A DNA stretch of 64,000 nt from Lama guanicoe (lineage: Eukaryota), in the NCBI GenBank assembly GCA_013239625.1, contig MU053347.1, positions 2,734-66,733 on the forward strand, given 5' to 3'. A program made the position numbers and the translations under genes. Under the pieces are notes generated by a model. It did no database searches. It was not told where the DNA came from and worked only from the letters and a program-made list of their open reading frames with translations. Positions 28,597 to 41,511 of the stretch are shown here, one piece after another (the stretch's first letter is position 1; every line of letters begins with the position of its first letter).

Positions 28597-28711
28597 CTGA
28601 TGAGATCTAACGGCTGCTTCTTGTCTATGCTTCAAGGAGGATCCCATTCCCTGTACAGAAGTCCCTTTTCCCTGGGGCAGCTGAGGTCCTCTGACGGAGG
28701 CTGAAGTTGCA
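28597..28711 (-). pseudogene. ANO6: ANO6 exon 7 homologue (disabled)
   Basis: cag acceptor and GTGAGC donor intact, 115 nt. Reads CNFS-(1-nt deletion)-PSEDLSCPREKGLLYREWDPP*SIDKKQPLDLI(R); CGA>TGA at 28632-28634. Confidence 0.95.
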
Positions 28712-30289
28712 CTGGGAAGTAGAAGCAAACAGGTGAGTGTCACTATCAACACGTGTCTACATGTTCTGTTGATAAAATATGGTGCTAACACTTCATGGTC
28801 ATTTGTAAATAAGGGTCCCTCACTTGCCAGAAGGGATGGAGGTACCATATAATTTTTCATAATTCTCACCCAGGATTAATACTAACCCCTTGAGGGTCAT
28901 TTGCAAATATGGTTGGAAAGGAATGCTTGGATGTTACAGTCCTGGGGCCACCGTGGGTACCTGGGGAGAGCCTTGCAGATGCTTAATGTCTTACAACCGG
29001 CCCAGTCGTCCACAGCAAAAAAAACTAGGCCACCCAAGTGCCCAAACTTTTGCAGTGGAGGGACACCTGATGGCCCAGCCCCCTCCTTGGACCCCAGAGG
29101 AACATGGACTCTGTCTGGTTGGGGGCAGGGTCAATACTAAAACCCAGGCTTTTTTGTCCCCACAATTCAGTAGTTATTCGGTGACAGCACATGGAATATA
29201 AACAACAAAGGAACTTGACATGAGGTTATATATTTAGCTTACTCAAGAAACAAAATTTAAATCCAGTTATTCTCCTTCCCACCTGACCTACTTTCCTTTC
29301 TCCTGTACTAGAACCAGATTATTACCCACCCAGCCTTAACATGGGTCCTGACTCCACTTACCTCCCTCCCAAACACCACATGAGATGATTCCTCAGCCTG
29401 GATGTGGGACCAGCAATTACAAGAGGCTTTAGTGGAAAAGAACTGGTTGTGCGCAGATGCCAACTAAACACTGTAGAATCCTGGTGTCCCACATTAGTAA
29501 TCATGACAGCTGTTTGCAAGTGTCCCCAAAGTTCATTTAAGACTCTCACTGCTAATTTTCCTGGGACATAAATATAAAACATGTGGACTGCTGGGCTGGA
29601 CTGCTATGCTGGGTCTCTGATCCAGGAAGCTCAGTGTCTGCTCCCTGCACCCAGCTCCCTGTTCTGTTCATGCATGTGCATCAGGCAGCTGTTTAGTGTC
29701 AACTTTGATATCTTAAACAGTGCATTTCAGTATTGTCTTCATCCACAAATACGTGTACCACACAGTAGTAATGATCAATCTCAGTCTTTGCTTTCTTTGG
29801 ACTTAGAGGGTCAGATAAACGGATAGCAAAGATAACAAAGTCATAGAGTGCTATAATATAGTATTTCCTTTATTTCAAGGACAGGATTTATTTAAAGAGC
29901 TTAGATAGAACCCCCTTGCATTTATGGCATCATTAAGCATCTGAAGCTGTTATATTTTAAACACTTCATTTCATGTGAGATGTTATCAGTTAGAGAAGGG
30001 CTCCTGAATTTGAGGGGTTGCTGTCATCTCAGACGGAGTCCTTAAAAAATGTCAGCACTCTGCAGTATTGCCATCATGCCAAGAACCCAGACAGATGAAA
30101 TTTGGAAAGCCCTGTGGCTTTCTAGTGCACAGAAAGAAAATGGTATTTCAGAGGGAAAAGCCTAAATTACAGAAAATGATAAATGAAATGGTCTAACATG
30201 CAATTCCCTTACAAAGAACTAATACTTCTTTGGTTGATAATAACATCTGTCAGTAATTATGAAAAGAGCTGACAGATGCATAGTACTTA

Positions 30290-30480
30290 CTATTAGCCAG
30301 GGCTGTTCTAACATTGACACAAATTCATTAATCATCATAGCAACTCTCCGAGGTGGGTATTATTATTATCCCCATTTTACTGATGAGGAACTTGATGAAC
30401 ACAGAGGCTAAATGACTTTTACAAGGTCGAAAGCGAGAAACCAGCACAGGTGTTCCAGCCTGAATCTACGCTCTTGGCCA
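30290..30480 (-). mobile_element. MIR SINE (other MIRs near 1400-1550, 5370-5660, 35150-35320, 53520-53650, 58640-58900)
   Basis: MIR core tattattatccccattttactgatgaggaa...cacagagg. Confidence 0.75.
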
Positions 30481-30816
30481 CTTCTCTCTCTTTTTTTTTT
30501 TTTTTGGTGGGGGGGGGCATAAAAGGTAACCCTCCCCTCTCGAGTCTATGCTCTTAGCTGCTAATCGTCACTGTCTCACATGGTAACTCTGGAGGAACTA
30601 CAGTTCATTCATTCACTCATTAAACTCAGCCTTCCCGGTGCCTGGGATTCAGCAGTGAACAAGACAACATGGTTCCTGCCTTAAATGAGCTTGTCGCCTC
30701 TCGACATATTATCTTCATTTTTCCCAGGAAGAAACAAGGTCAAGAAGATTTGCCTTTTCCTGTTAACACCTGAGGAGACATGAGGTGCTTTATTTCATTT
30801 CTGCCATTTGACTTAC

Positions 30817-30933
30817 ACCATGGGGAGGGAAAGCTGCCTTGCAGATCCCGGAGCTCACAAGCCTATTAATTTCGAATTTTTTTTTAACAGTGTCCTTTAC
30901 TTGATACTTGATCTGAGAAAGGATGAAGTAAAC
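30817..30933 (-). pseudogene. ANO6: ANO6 exon 6 homologue
   Basis: AG/GT intact, 117 nt, open: VYFILSQIKYQVKDTVKKKFEINRLVSSGICKAAFPPHG vs ANO6 VYFILSRVKYQVINNVSKFGINRLVNSGIYKAAFPLHD. The conserved anoctamin FPLHD motif has decayed to FPPHG, with an extra Lys codon in an A9 run. Confidence 0.95.
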
Positions 30934-31157
30934 CTAAAAATGTTCTAAGAGAGCTTGTGGTTTATACAAGGTAACTAACCAGCCACTGTTTACTATCCTA
31001 ACAGGAATCTGTAGGCATATTTCTTTTCTTTCTCTTTTTTCCTTTTTATGGGCAGCTTTTAAAAACCAAACCAAACCAACCAAACCAAATCAATGATAAT
31101 TCAACAGCAGGTTCTAAATCACCCCAAAGACAGCAGCTAAACTCGGTTTAGACTTAC

Positions 31158-31444
31158 AATGCAGCTTCTGGTGGTTGGATTGAAGAATGTATCTCTATCC
31201 TGAATATAAAAGTCATTCACGCAGCTCTTCTCAAATAGGGCAATGAAAAACTCTTGCTCCGGTTGTTGATACTTTCATCCACTTAGAGGACTTTCATAAA
31301 ACAGCTGAAGTTATCAAAGGCTGAGGACCGGGTTTTCAGATCATTGGGCTTCAGAGGCAATATTATGTGCAGTATCTCAGCGTATGTACAGAGCACCTTC
31401 CACAGGGTGTGTACTTTTGCAAATACAAGCTTGTCATCCAAAAC
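31158..31444 (-). pseudogene. ANO6: ANO6 exon 5 homologue (disabled)
   Basis: AG and GTAAGT intact, 287 nt. VLDDKLVFAKVHTLWKVLCTYAEILHIILPLKPNDLKTRSSAFDNFSCFMKVL* (TAA 31283-31285), then a 1-nt deletion near 31263 before PEQEFFIALFEKSCVNDFYIQDRDTFFNPTTRSCI. Confidence 0.96.
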
Positions 31445-32345
31445 CTATATTGGGAGAATGAAAACACAAACCAGGAAACTATTTTCACATTTATAGTACA
31501 CAGATTTTTCTTACAATACTGGTAGTTAAAACACTTGTGCAAACACACACACATATGGCACTGGTAAAAGTGAAGATATAATAAAAATAGATTTGCAAAC
31601 CATCATACATTTTTGCCTTAAAGATAATTTCTTCATTGAAATTACTGAAACGTTATTTAAAATCGTTACACTTCATTCATAAAATAACCAATGTTTTAGA
31701 TGAAGAAAACCAAACTTGTTAATTTTTGGTCCAAATTAGTAACTAAAAATAGAAACACCAAAATATTCTTTGCAGTGGTATTGTAATGACAATTTTTTAA
31801 ATTTCTGAAACCTAGGACTATTTACATATCTGTATGAAACCTAGTTTACATATCTGTTCAATATAGTGTTAAACAGCCATTAAAAGGGATTTAAAAGAAT
31901 TATATTTATTGATATGGAATATATAATAAAAGGAGAAAGCAAAAATAATGTGAAATAATAACTTTCCTTTTTGGAAGGGAAAAATATCTTCATTTGAACA
32001 AAAAAATGTTAAGAAGGATTTTAAGATTCTTTATGTATAATTAAGGTACAGTTTATTTTGAATTCCACTGTTCTTTCATTTTCAGTTTTGGGGGGTAAAT
32101 TTTTATAATAAAAAATCTTTAAAAATATTCTTGCATAAATACAATAATAGATATATTTATGACTACATTCTCTGGCTATTAAAAAAGATCTCCTAGCTTT
32201 GGATCTGAAACATACATTCCACATTGCAGATTCTGACTGACTCACCTCCCAGCCCACAGAGAAGGCACGGCTAGGGTGACATGTTTCAAATATCATTCCA
32301 GGTAACATGCAGGCTCCCAGCCAATGGCTGCATAGGGACTGACAC

Positions 32346-32410
32346 TGATCTGGTTGCTCCCAGCTGCAGACCATCACAGATGAGGTTACATAAATAGGCT
32401 CATGTTTTCT
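32346..32410 (-). pseudogene. ANO6: ANO6 exon 4 homologue (disabled)
   Basis: ttttgacag acceptor, 65 nt. RK-(1-nt deletion)-*AYLCNLICDGLQLGATRS vs ANO6 RKRQAYESNLICHGLQLEATRS; TGA at 32400-32402; weak donor GTGTCA. Confidence 0.9.
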
Positions 32411-32991
32411 CTGTCAAAAGAAATCAGAAAATGTTAGGCTTTTACTTTCACCAAGGGAACAAGAAGTTGTTTGATTTTTTTTATGCAAAAAGTAACAACA
32501 AACCAATTTCAACCTGATGAAAAGACATTTGCTCAAAACAGCACAGTAGCAATGAAGGTGCTCTGGCTGGCAGGGGCTTGTTGGATTCCCATGAGTGCTG
32601 GACTCCTCACATGGATTTCCCTTGGCACTCCAGAAGGTCTGTGGTTGTCCCCATGGTTTTGTGGCCATATATGGCACACAAAAGTCTCTGGCTTTGCCAC
32701 AATTTCAAAGCCTTTTTTGGCTTATGAAAAGTTTTGCACTCAAATGGAGTTTTCTTGAGACCACACACTGATGTCATTTACCAGAGTTATACTCCAAATC
32801 TGACATTCTAGACTCTTAAAATCTTGCACACATTCGAATGGTTCAGGTTTGGATGTGTATTCAACTCTGGAGGCCTCGACCAAATTCGATAAAGCCACCC
32901 GGACAAGTTCAGCAAAATGCAAAGAAATTTTTCTCTCTGCAAGACTGAAATGTCTGTGAAGCTATAAAAACTTCTGCATCTACAAAATTAG

Positions 32992-33035
32992 GGAACCAAC
33001 TCATCAATAACCTAGGAACCAACTCATCAATAACT
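32992..33035. repeat. 23-bp-period tandem duplication
   Basis: GGAACCAACTCATCAATAAC occurs at 32992 and 33015. Confidence 0.9.
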
Positions 33036-33167
33036 TATCTATCCATAATGCATGGACATTTAAAAAAAATACTGCATTTACTCCTATTAAATTCTATCTG
33101 GCTTTTGCCAAATTGTGTCCTAAACTGTAAGGAAAGTATATAAATGTACAGAATTTTTGACCTTTTA

Positions 33168-33945
33168 AGAGAAAAAGGAACCCTCCTACTCGGTTGGAGG
33201 GAATGTAAATTGGTGCAGCCACTATGGAGGACAGTATAGAGCTTCCTTAAAAAACTGAAAATAGACTTCCTTGTAATCCAGCAATCCCATTCATGGGTAT
33301 ATGTCTGGAAAAAAATATAATTCAAAAAGACACATGCACCCCAATGTTCACAGCAGCACTATTTACAATAGCCAAGACACTGAAACAACCCAAATGTTCA
33401 CTGACAGATGACTAGATAAAGAAGTTGTGGTATATTATATATATATACATATATACATATATATATATACACACACACGCATATACACATGAACACACAC
33501 ACACAGTGGAATACTGCTCAGCCATAAAAGATAAATTATTGCTATTTGCAGTAACATGGATGGACCTACAGGGTATTATGCTAAGTGAAATAAGTCAGAG
33601 AAAGAAAAACAAATATTCTATGTATTAACTTATATGTATATCTAAAAAATAAAACAAATTAATGACTATAATAAAACAGAAATAGACTCACAGGTACACA
33701 GAACAGACTGGTGATTACCAATGTGGAGAAGGAGGAGAGGGGAGGCAGGAAGGGGGTAGGGGATTGACAGGTAAAAAGTGCTACGTATAAAATGAATAGG
33801 TTACAGGGCTGTATGATACAGCACAGGGAAATATAGACATTATTTTATGATGACTTTAAATGGAATATAATCTATAAAAATATTGAGCCTCTGTGTTGTA
33901 AACCTGAAACTAATATGATGTAAATTAACTACTCAATTACAAAAT
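33168..33945 (+). mobile_element. LINE-1 3' end with internal (TA)n/(CA)n microsatellite
   Basis: ORF2 C-terminal and 3'UTR homology (ccccaatgttcacagcagcactatttacaatagccaagac; acatggatggaccta). Confidence 0.9.
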
Positions 33946-35774
33946 TTTTAATCAAAGTTTTCTTTTCATATTATTTGCAATAAGTTAGAAGCCAGCACTG
34001 TCAATACAAACATAGTACAAGTCACAATTTTCCAGTAATCCCATTTAGAAAATAAAAAGGAACAAGTAATAATTATATTTATCCCAAAATATCCAATATA
34101 CTATCATTTCAAAAGTGTGATTAACACTNNNNNNNNNNNNNNNNNNNNNNNNNNNNNNNNNNNNNNNNNNNNNNNNNNNNNNNNNNNNNNNNNNNNNNNN
34201 NNNNNNNNNNNNNNNNNNNNNNNNNNNNNNNNNNNNNNNNNNNNNNNNNNNNNNNNNNNNNNNNNNNNNNNNNNNNNNNNNNNNNNNNNNNNNNNNNNNN
34301 NNNNNNNNNNNNNNNNNNNNNNNNNNNNNNNNNNNNNNNNNNNNNNNNNNNNNNNNNNNNNNNNNNNNNNNNNNNNNNNNNNNNNNNNNNNNNNNNNNNN
34401 NNNNNNNNNNNNNNNNNNNNNNNNNNNNNNNNNNNNNNNNNNNNNNNNNNNNNNNNNNNNNNNNNNNNNNNNNNNNNNNNNNNNNNNNNNNNNNNNNNNN
34501 NNNNNNNNNNNNNNNNNNNNNNNNNNNNNNNNNNNNNNNNNNNNNNNNNNNNNNNNNNNNNNNNNNNNNNNNNNNNNNNNNNNNNNNNNNNNNNNNNNNN
34601 NNNNNNNNNNNNNNNNNNNNNNNNNCCAGTAATTCTTCTAAAAATAAAATAAATAAATAAAAACCTAATTACCACCCCCCAGCAAAAAATTAATTTATTA
34701 CTTTAATTAAAAGTTTAAAAAAGATAATTTAGTGCAGGCTTATCAGGCTACAAGAGCTACAATGAATGCCCCCACCCATTAATTTAGAAGAAGTCTCACA
34801 GTATTTCCCAACATAAATGCTAAAATATAATTCAGAACACTTTCTGATGGTCAGCATGATTTTAACCAAAAAGTAGATAATTACCTCCCTGGTGTCAAAG
34901 ATCTTTCAGAGATGGGCACAGAATATTTAGTAAAAATGATTTTGCAACAACCTTTGAAAGAAATGCTGAGAAATGATCTTTTCTGTTGGAAATTAGCCTG
35001 CTTTTACATTCTGCAGTAGGTATACGTGTTTACAAACCAGGCAGGAACTGGATCATATTTTACACATACTTTAGAAACTGATTTGAATTTTACTCTCTAC
35101 CTGCAAGGCTATTTCTTAGGTAATAACATAAGCTGGCCAATATACTAAATTTTGTTTCCCTGTTTGCTTAATCCTCACAACAACTCTGTAAGCTGCTATT
35201 ATTACCCCCTTATAACAGATAAAGAGCTTGAGGCAGAAAATAATTTGGGTAACTTGGTAAATGGTGTGTCTGGGAAAGACTGCAGCCCGTCTGACGCTCA
35301 AGTCCATTCTTCTCACCAATGTCTGATACTGCTACCTACATTCAGCAATGACCGCTAATTTCATATTTAAGTGTGTCATTTCTAAAAGTGCAAAGCTATA
35401 TTAGTACTGCTGTGTAAATTATCCGTTTGAGATGTGATTGCCAAAAAAAAAAATCAGGGTTCCACTGAGGGAAGGGCGAACTGCATATGGACGGACACAA
35501 GGGGACTTTTTGAGGATACATTTGCACAATTCAAGATATAGCTAAAATCGTTGACTTGTACAATTATAATATGTGAATTTTATGGCCTGTAAATTGCACC
35601 TTAATTCAGCTATTAAATTAAGAAAGTGGGATACCAAATTAAGACTAAAACACATATACACATCACACAAAGAACAACAGGCAAATATCATTATTTACTG
35701 CACCATTTTCCTTCATGCAGCTTCCTTTCCTCACCCGTTCCTGAAAGGATGATTCATTTTTAAAATAGTCTTTT

Positions 35775-36780
35775 AATTTATTCAGCAAATAATTTTTGAC
35801 TGCCTACTATGTACCCAGGACTAGTCTAGGCACTTGGAATAGATCAATAAACAAAACAAAAGTCCTGTCCTCACGGAGCTTGGTTGGAGTCTAGCTGGGT
35901 TGGGTGGAGGAGATGAAAATTCACACAACAGAGCAGCAGAGGAGTTGGCATGTTAGGAAAGAGGAACCATGGAAAAATGAAAAAAGGGCAAGGAAAAGAG
36001 AGTGGAGGATATGAGATGAGGGTGATGTTGTATTAAATACCTGAGCAAGCCACAGTGAGGACTGAGGTTAGAACTAGGACTAGGAGGTGAGAAGTCCCAG
36101 GTGGACGGAATAACCATCACCAAAGCCAGCGCCCACCTCGCATGTTCCAGAATGGGGGCACGGCTGGAGCTGCGGACAAGGGTAAGTGCAGATCCTGTAC
36201 GGCCTTGGAGGACATTGTAAGGACTGTGGCTTTTACCCGGAGTGAAATGGGGAGGCACTGCAGAAGGACGACACAATCTAACTTAGGTTTTCAAGGCTCA
36301 CTTGACTGCCGGGTGAGAATAGTCGGGTCAAAGATGAAAGTAGGAAAGCCTCTGAGAAGGACTGTGCAGGAGGAGAGGACAGTGGCTCAGGGCAGGGAAG
36401 CAGCAGTGGAGGCAGGAGCCATGGTGAGAAGTGGCTGGGCTCCGGATATGTTTTAAAGTCAGTGTTAAACCAGATCTATTGACAAAATTCATGAGGTATG
36501 TCAGTGAAAGTCAGAATAACTCCAAGTGTTTTGACCAAAGCAGCTGGAAGGATTAAGTTTCCACTAACTGAATGGGGGAGGTTGCAGAAAGAACCAGTTT
36601 GGGGGATAGGAGGACAAAGAGCTCAGTTTTTTCACATGTTGGTTTTAAGATATCAGAGTTCCAAGTGAAGATGTCCAATCAGCAGAAGATTGTAAGAGTC
36701 CAGGGTTGGAGAGAAAAAGTCTAGCGGGAGACAGAAATGTGGGAATCATGGGTCACACAGGTGGTAGAGGAAGACATGAA
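35775..36780 (-). mobile_element. LINE-2 fragment
   Basis: attcagcaaata..tgactgcctactatgt..ggcact (L2 3' end, reversed) followed by a purine-rich L2 body. Confidence 0.7.
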
Positions 36781-36993
36781 ACCCAGGTACTCAAACATTA
36801 AGATAACCTGGCATTAACCATAGAAATTGTCCTTGAGGGCATGCCTACTAAGTGTGGATATCAGTCCTACATCCCGACCGCTCGAGTTTTAAAAAGGACC
36901 TTACAAATGAATTCGTGCAAGACACTGCCTCCAGTGGGTGGGTCCAGAGCTGGAGTGGGAGAATGGGATGGTGCACGCTACTCCCTACGGCAA

Positions 36994-36994
<1 letters not shown>

Positions 36995-37028
<34 letters not shown>

Positions 37029-37040
37029 CGCATGTGTGTG
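36995..37040. repeat. (TG)n microsatellite
   Basis: Directly visible dinucleotide run. Confidence 0.95.
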
Positions 37041-40000
37041 CGCACAGGGGGATGAGATACACCTGGCTTAAGAAAAAGAGCTAGTAAGTCTAGAAGCTGA
37101 AAGATGAAAGAACATCCAGATATGGTAGAGGGAACAGGGGAAACACTGTGTACTGTAAGACATATCCCCATAATGCCACTCCCCACCATCATTTCATCAG
37201 GAACACAGTTGGAAAGGGGGGAACTATGTAGATACGTGTGATGTACACAAACTTTCTGACTATGTAACACTGAATTTCTACATATGTAGCAAGTTAATGA
37301 TATTTATATCTGCTTCAAGTCTAATAACAAGTTTACAACAGAGGGAAAATAAAATACTGAGGACTGGTAGAAGTATCATAGAAGGCCTTTCAATGCTCAG
37401 AATGGAAGCAAAAGCACCTTCACCCCACAAAGAATGTCATTAAGAGTCAAGAATGTTTATATTTGCTTAAGAAATTGAGAGTTACAACTTCCTGCTTTAA
37501 AGAATTAACTTTAAGACAGATACCACACTATAAGCAACGTCTATACTGGTGCATTCTTAAAGCTGTTTTTAGTTCCTGCTTGTTCTGATGTACTCCAGAA
37601 ACTCTGCAAAGAAAACCTTCTATTCAAAGGCTTAAAGGAATAAAAAAAGAAATAACACTGCATTCTTTTCAGTGTTCTCTGTACTGAAAGTCACTTGCAA
37701 ATGCAGCACCCTGCCACAGGGCTACATTTTTAACAATAAAGTCCTTTGCACAATTTTTCAATTGCTATGTGACTTTGTGTCAGTCTCTCAATCAGAAGCA
37801 GAATGGAGTACCAGAAAATGACACATCATGTCTAAAACTACAGATGTGGAAGATGAACGTGCACCAGGAAACAGCTAAGTGGGAGGGTAAGGTTTACCTT
37901 TTAAGTTACCGTAAGTGAAGTTACACCTGTTTCCTGCTTCCCCTGTGATGTGAAGAACTAGTCTTTCCCAGAAAAGCTCTCATTCTGAGAACTGTCTTCT
38001 TTGAAATATTTGGAGATTCTCTTTTAAGGTTCTTTCACTTTTAAGTCTTTCCCAAACTCTACATCCCATAACAAGTGTTAAAATTATCCAATAGCCTATT
38101 GTTACAAAACATACTCTACAAAAGCTGAGGTTTCCCAGGGTTTGGATTCCAGAACTCTGCTCCCAGATAATCCTAAAGCTTTACTTTCATAACTGACTCT
38201 TCTGCCAATTCCCAGCTGCGGGCAAATTCGGCTTCTCAGACCAGGTAACTTTCTAACTCTGTCTATGAACACTCTACTGCCAGTAAAGGAATTCTCAGAC
38301 AGGAATCACACAATGCCCCTAGTGAGGGTTGCCTCATTCAAACAATCAAGATGCCATCAGCAAGCAAATATTTAAACCTACTGCAAAATTTCTGAAGACA
38401 TCTTACCAACAATATAGCTTGCATAGATGCATAGTATTTGCTCTGGAATAGTGATTTCCAATGGAAGGAACAAAGGACCACATGACCCAAGCAATTTTTT
38501 AAAACTGCACGTAACCATCCCTCTTCATGTGAGGATTTAGCCAAGCCCGTCTTACAGGCCTAGGTGTAACAGAATGACAGCACCTCTAGGAGTAGGGTGA
38601 AAAGTAGCGATGTAGACTTCTAGTGAAAGGGGGTGATGTAATAGGCCCCATCGCCCACTTACCTCCCACCACAAGACAATCTCCTCAGATCAAGAACAAA
38701 CAATTTTGGAAACAGAGGTTGTTTATGTTTTTATGGTTTTCTGGTGGAAATAATGCCCTGAGTCATGTGAAGTTGTGGCTGCAAAACTGAACAGGGGACT
38801 GGACTTTTTCACATTCAGGACACAAATAGCCCCTGGATAGCCACCTTATCTGCTCTCCCCTTTGGCTGTTCACCCCAAAAGCTGCAGGACTCTCCTGCTT
38901 GCAATGACATCCACCACTTCTCACAAATTCATGCGAAGTTCACGTCGGCATCTGGTGGTGTCATAGTCACCATGTATGTATGTAGTCCCTCCATTACTTT
39001 ATATCCCTTCTACTTTCTCTGTTGTCTTCCTAGCTACACTTGCATTCAGAGGCTGGTTACCGCACTAACATTGCCTCTGTAATCAGTCCAGGATATAGGA
39101 AGTAGAGATTAAACAGTAAACAGTCCCAGAATACTTGTCATGCCACTCTAGTGTCCCAACAAAACACTCTGGCATCCCTCATCTCACCCAAAGAACCACC
39201 GCATTACTTAGAGGTTGTAAAAGTAGAGGGATTTCTCTACTGGGAAACACTGTGGCTTGTGTTAGAGTTGTGATTTTAGTTTTTGCAACTACTTACAGGC
39301 AAAAAGACATGGCCCGCAAATTTTCTTCAAGCGTTTGGTATTTAAACTTTCATTAGATACAGAGCCGGTGGACTAACCGTAATCTATGAACATATGGTCA
39401 TATTATCAAATAATGTTCATGTCTACCTTACAGACATGTAAGAACTTGGATTACACCTGCAAGCCTCTAGGACTTTAGAATTAGATGTGAAGCATCCTGT
39501 GAGATAAAAAACCTCCTATCCAGTCACAGAACACAATTATAGACAACATGACACTAATGTCACTGAATACATTAGTATAGTCCATGTATGGTTAAGTTAC
39601 ATCTCCAATTTCTCAGAGCTGGAAAGGAGATGTCTAGAAAAGCTGGAAAAGCCCAATTACCAAAACAGCTCAAAAGTTAAAGCAGACTCCTGCACCTCCC
39701 AGTGCAGAGGGCAGAGGGGCCTTGCCCACCAACTCTCCTCCCCCAGGACGTGGCATGTGGGGAAGCAGGCAGGAGTGGGTGGCTGGGACTCGGAGGTGGA
39801 GAGGTGATGAAATCAAGAGTGGAACTGCTCTGGTCCTAGAAAAACAGAGCTGTAAAAAGCTCGGCTTCAGTTCAACCTGCTCCTTCTCCCACTTTCCCTC
39901 CCACCTACGTGACAAATAGAGCACAGTCAGGCATTTTCTGCCCATGACGGTGACTACTAGCAGGAAAGGACCAGGATAAAAGCATGTCCTATAAAAGATC

Positions 40001-41511
40001 AGTCTGATTTTAAAGACTATGTTATAAACAATGAACAGCACTGTCAGAATGGGACACTTGTGAGGCGCTCAAATAAGGAGGAGGAGGTTGAGGGTCCATT
40101 TCCAGCACTTCCATGTCTTTTATCACTCCTATTTCTGACCTTTCCTTTGCCACTTTTTGTAGCACTGCCATCACCGGCAGGTAAAGAGGCAGCAATGTGA
40201 CTTGGCCGTTTGGCTGATGGGGCTACATTTCCCAGCACTGGAATGAAAAGGCACTGGAAGAGGATCAGCTGGAAGATATGAACCGCGGTCCTGGCCTGTG
40301 CCAAACACTAACCAGGTGACCCTGGGTTAGGCTCTTAGTCTCTCTGGGCTTCCGGCTGTTTACTTATAAAAGAAGGTTTTGTCATTGCACAAATATATCC
40401 AATATGAAATGTAACATGAAACTCAAACATAATGACATCTCACCTGCTTGCCTCAGGGAACTGTACAAGCACTGAATACTATGTGAATGTAAACACAGAG
40501 TTAAGAAAACTATTGAGGTAAAGCGCTAAACTGAACATGGAGATAAAGTTTTATGGATTTTCTTGGTTTTCTTTTTTAATTGCAACACTGAATTAATAGT
40601 TATTAGCTATAATCCACACCACCACACCTGCAAATAAATAAAATAGGTAAGCACTGCCTGGATGCCTGTTATTGCCCGACGCTAAGCAGTGTGAGGGGTA
40701 TAAAGGAGGCTGAACAAGGGAGTCTTCTTCAGTTACAAGCTAAGTGAGGAGACACATTGGAAACCACCCAGGAATGGTACCAAGTCAGTACTCAAAGCCA
40801 AGATTACAGGCTACCGATCATAAACAGTGCAGGAATACAAAGAGGAGCTAGAAGTATTTGGAGTAAATAGGGAAGACTCTATGAAGGGGATGGGGCTCCA
40901 ACTAGTTCTCAGGGCAATTCTAATCTGTTTTAACTGAGGACTGGATAGGAAAAGGCTGGTGACTTCAGGTTTTTAAAAAGGAACAGGTTATCCTAGGTGG
41001 CTAAGTTACATAATGATTGGAACATATAAGGTAAGTCCAAAATGATGAAGGGTCGAGACTACTTGGCTGAGATCTGGTTGTGGTAAGTCTTTGGCTTGAC
41101 TGTAGATGTTGGAGCATCAAAACTGTAGGTTGACTGAAAGGGGGGGAGAGCATATCCAAGAATTCAGTTGAAGGAAAAATTCATGTATCAGGGATGAAAG
41201 CTGTTCATCAGAGTATCAGCAATCTGAATAGACACTTGAAACCAAAAACATACAGTTCCAGAAGCCGACAATATGTGGAGGGTGGTGAGAGAAAGATAAA
41301 TCAAAGACCATTCGAAGCCTTTGGGTATTCAAGACCGGAAGAATGATTATTGCACTGAATAAGTGGAGACGCTGCAAGAAAAAAGATTATGAAATCAGCT
41401 TAAGACATGTTGAATCTGACATATGAGCTAAGAGTAGGCGTTCTCTAAGAAGCTCAAAATTCAAAACTGAAGCACAGATCTAGAGTACAGGCTTAAGATG
41501 CAGATGGACAA

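Larger units (their letters stand above)
677..32410 (-). pseudogene. ANO6: Non-processed (duplicated) ANO6/TMEM16F anoctamin-6 pseudogene fragment; exon 4-8, 11 and 12 homologues present
   Basis: Seven exon-like blocks in the correct order on the minus strand translate to ANO6-like peptides (e.g. VLDDKLVFAKVHTLWKVLCTYAEILHIILPLKPNDLK; KFYGVKVGIYFAWLGYYTQMLLLAAVVG; TLLLEFWKRRQAELEYKWDTVE). Introns are retained. At least 5 in-frame stops, 4 frameshifts and 3 mutated splice sites. Confidence 0.95.

Noticed and set aside
677..32410. Processed (retro) pseudogene origin of the ANO6 and POFUT2 pieces
   Set aside because: Introns and splice-site remnants are retained at every exon boundary.
34117..34675. 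ORFs spanning N runs (also 23025-23523 and 21029-21377)
   Set aside because: Artefacts of assembly gaps.
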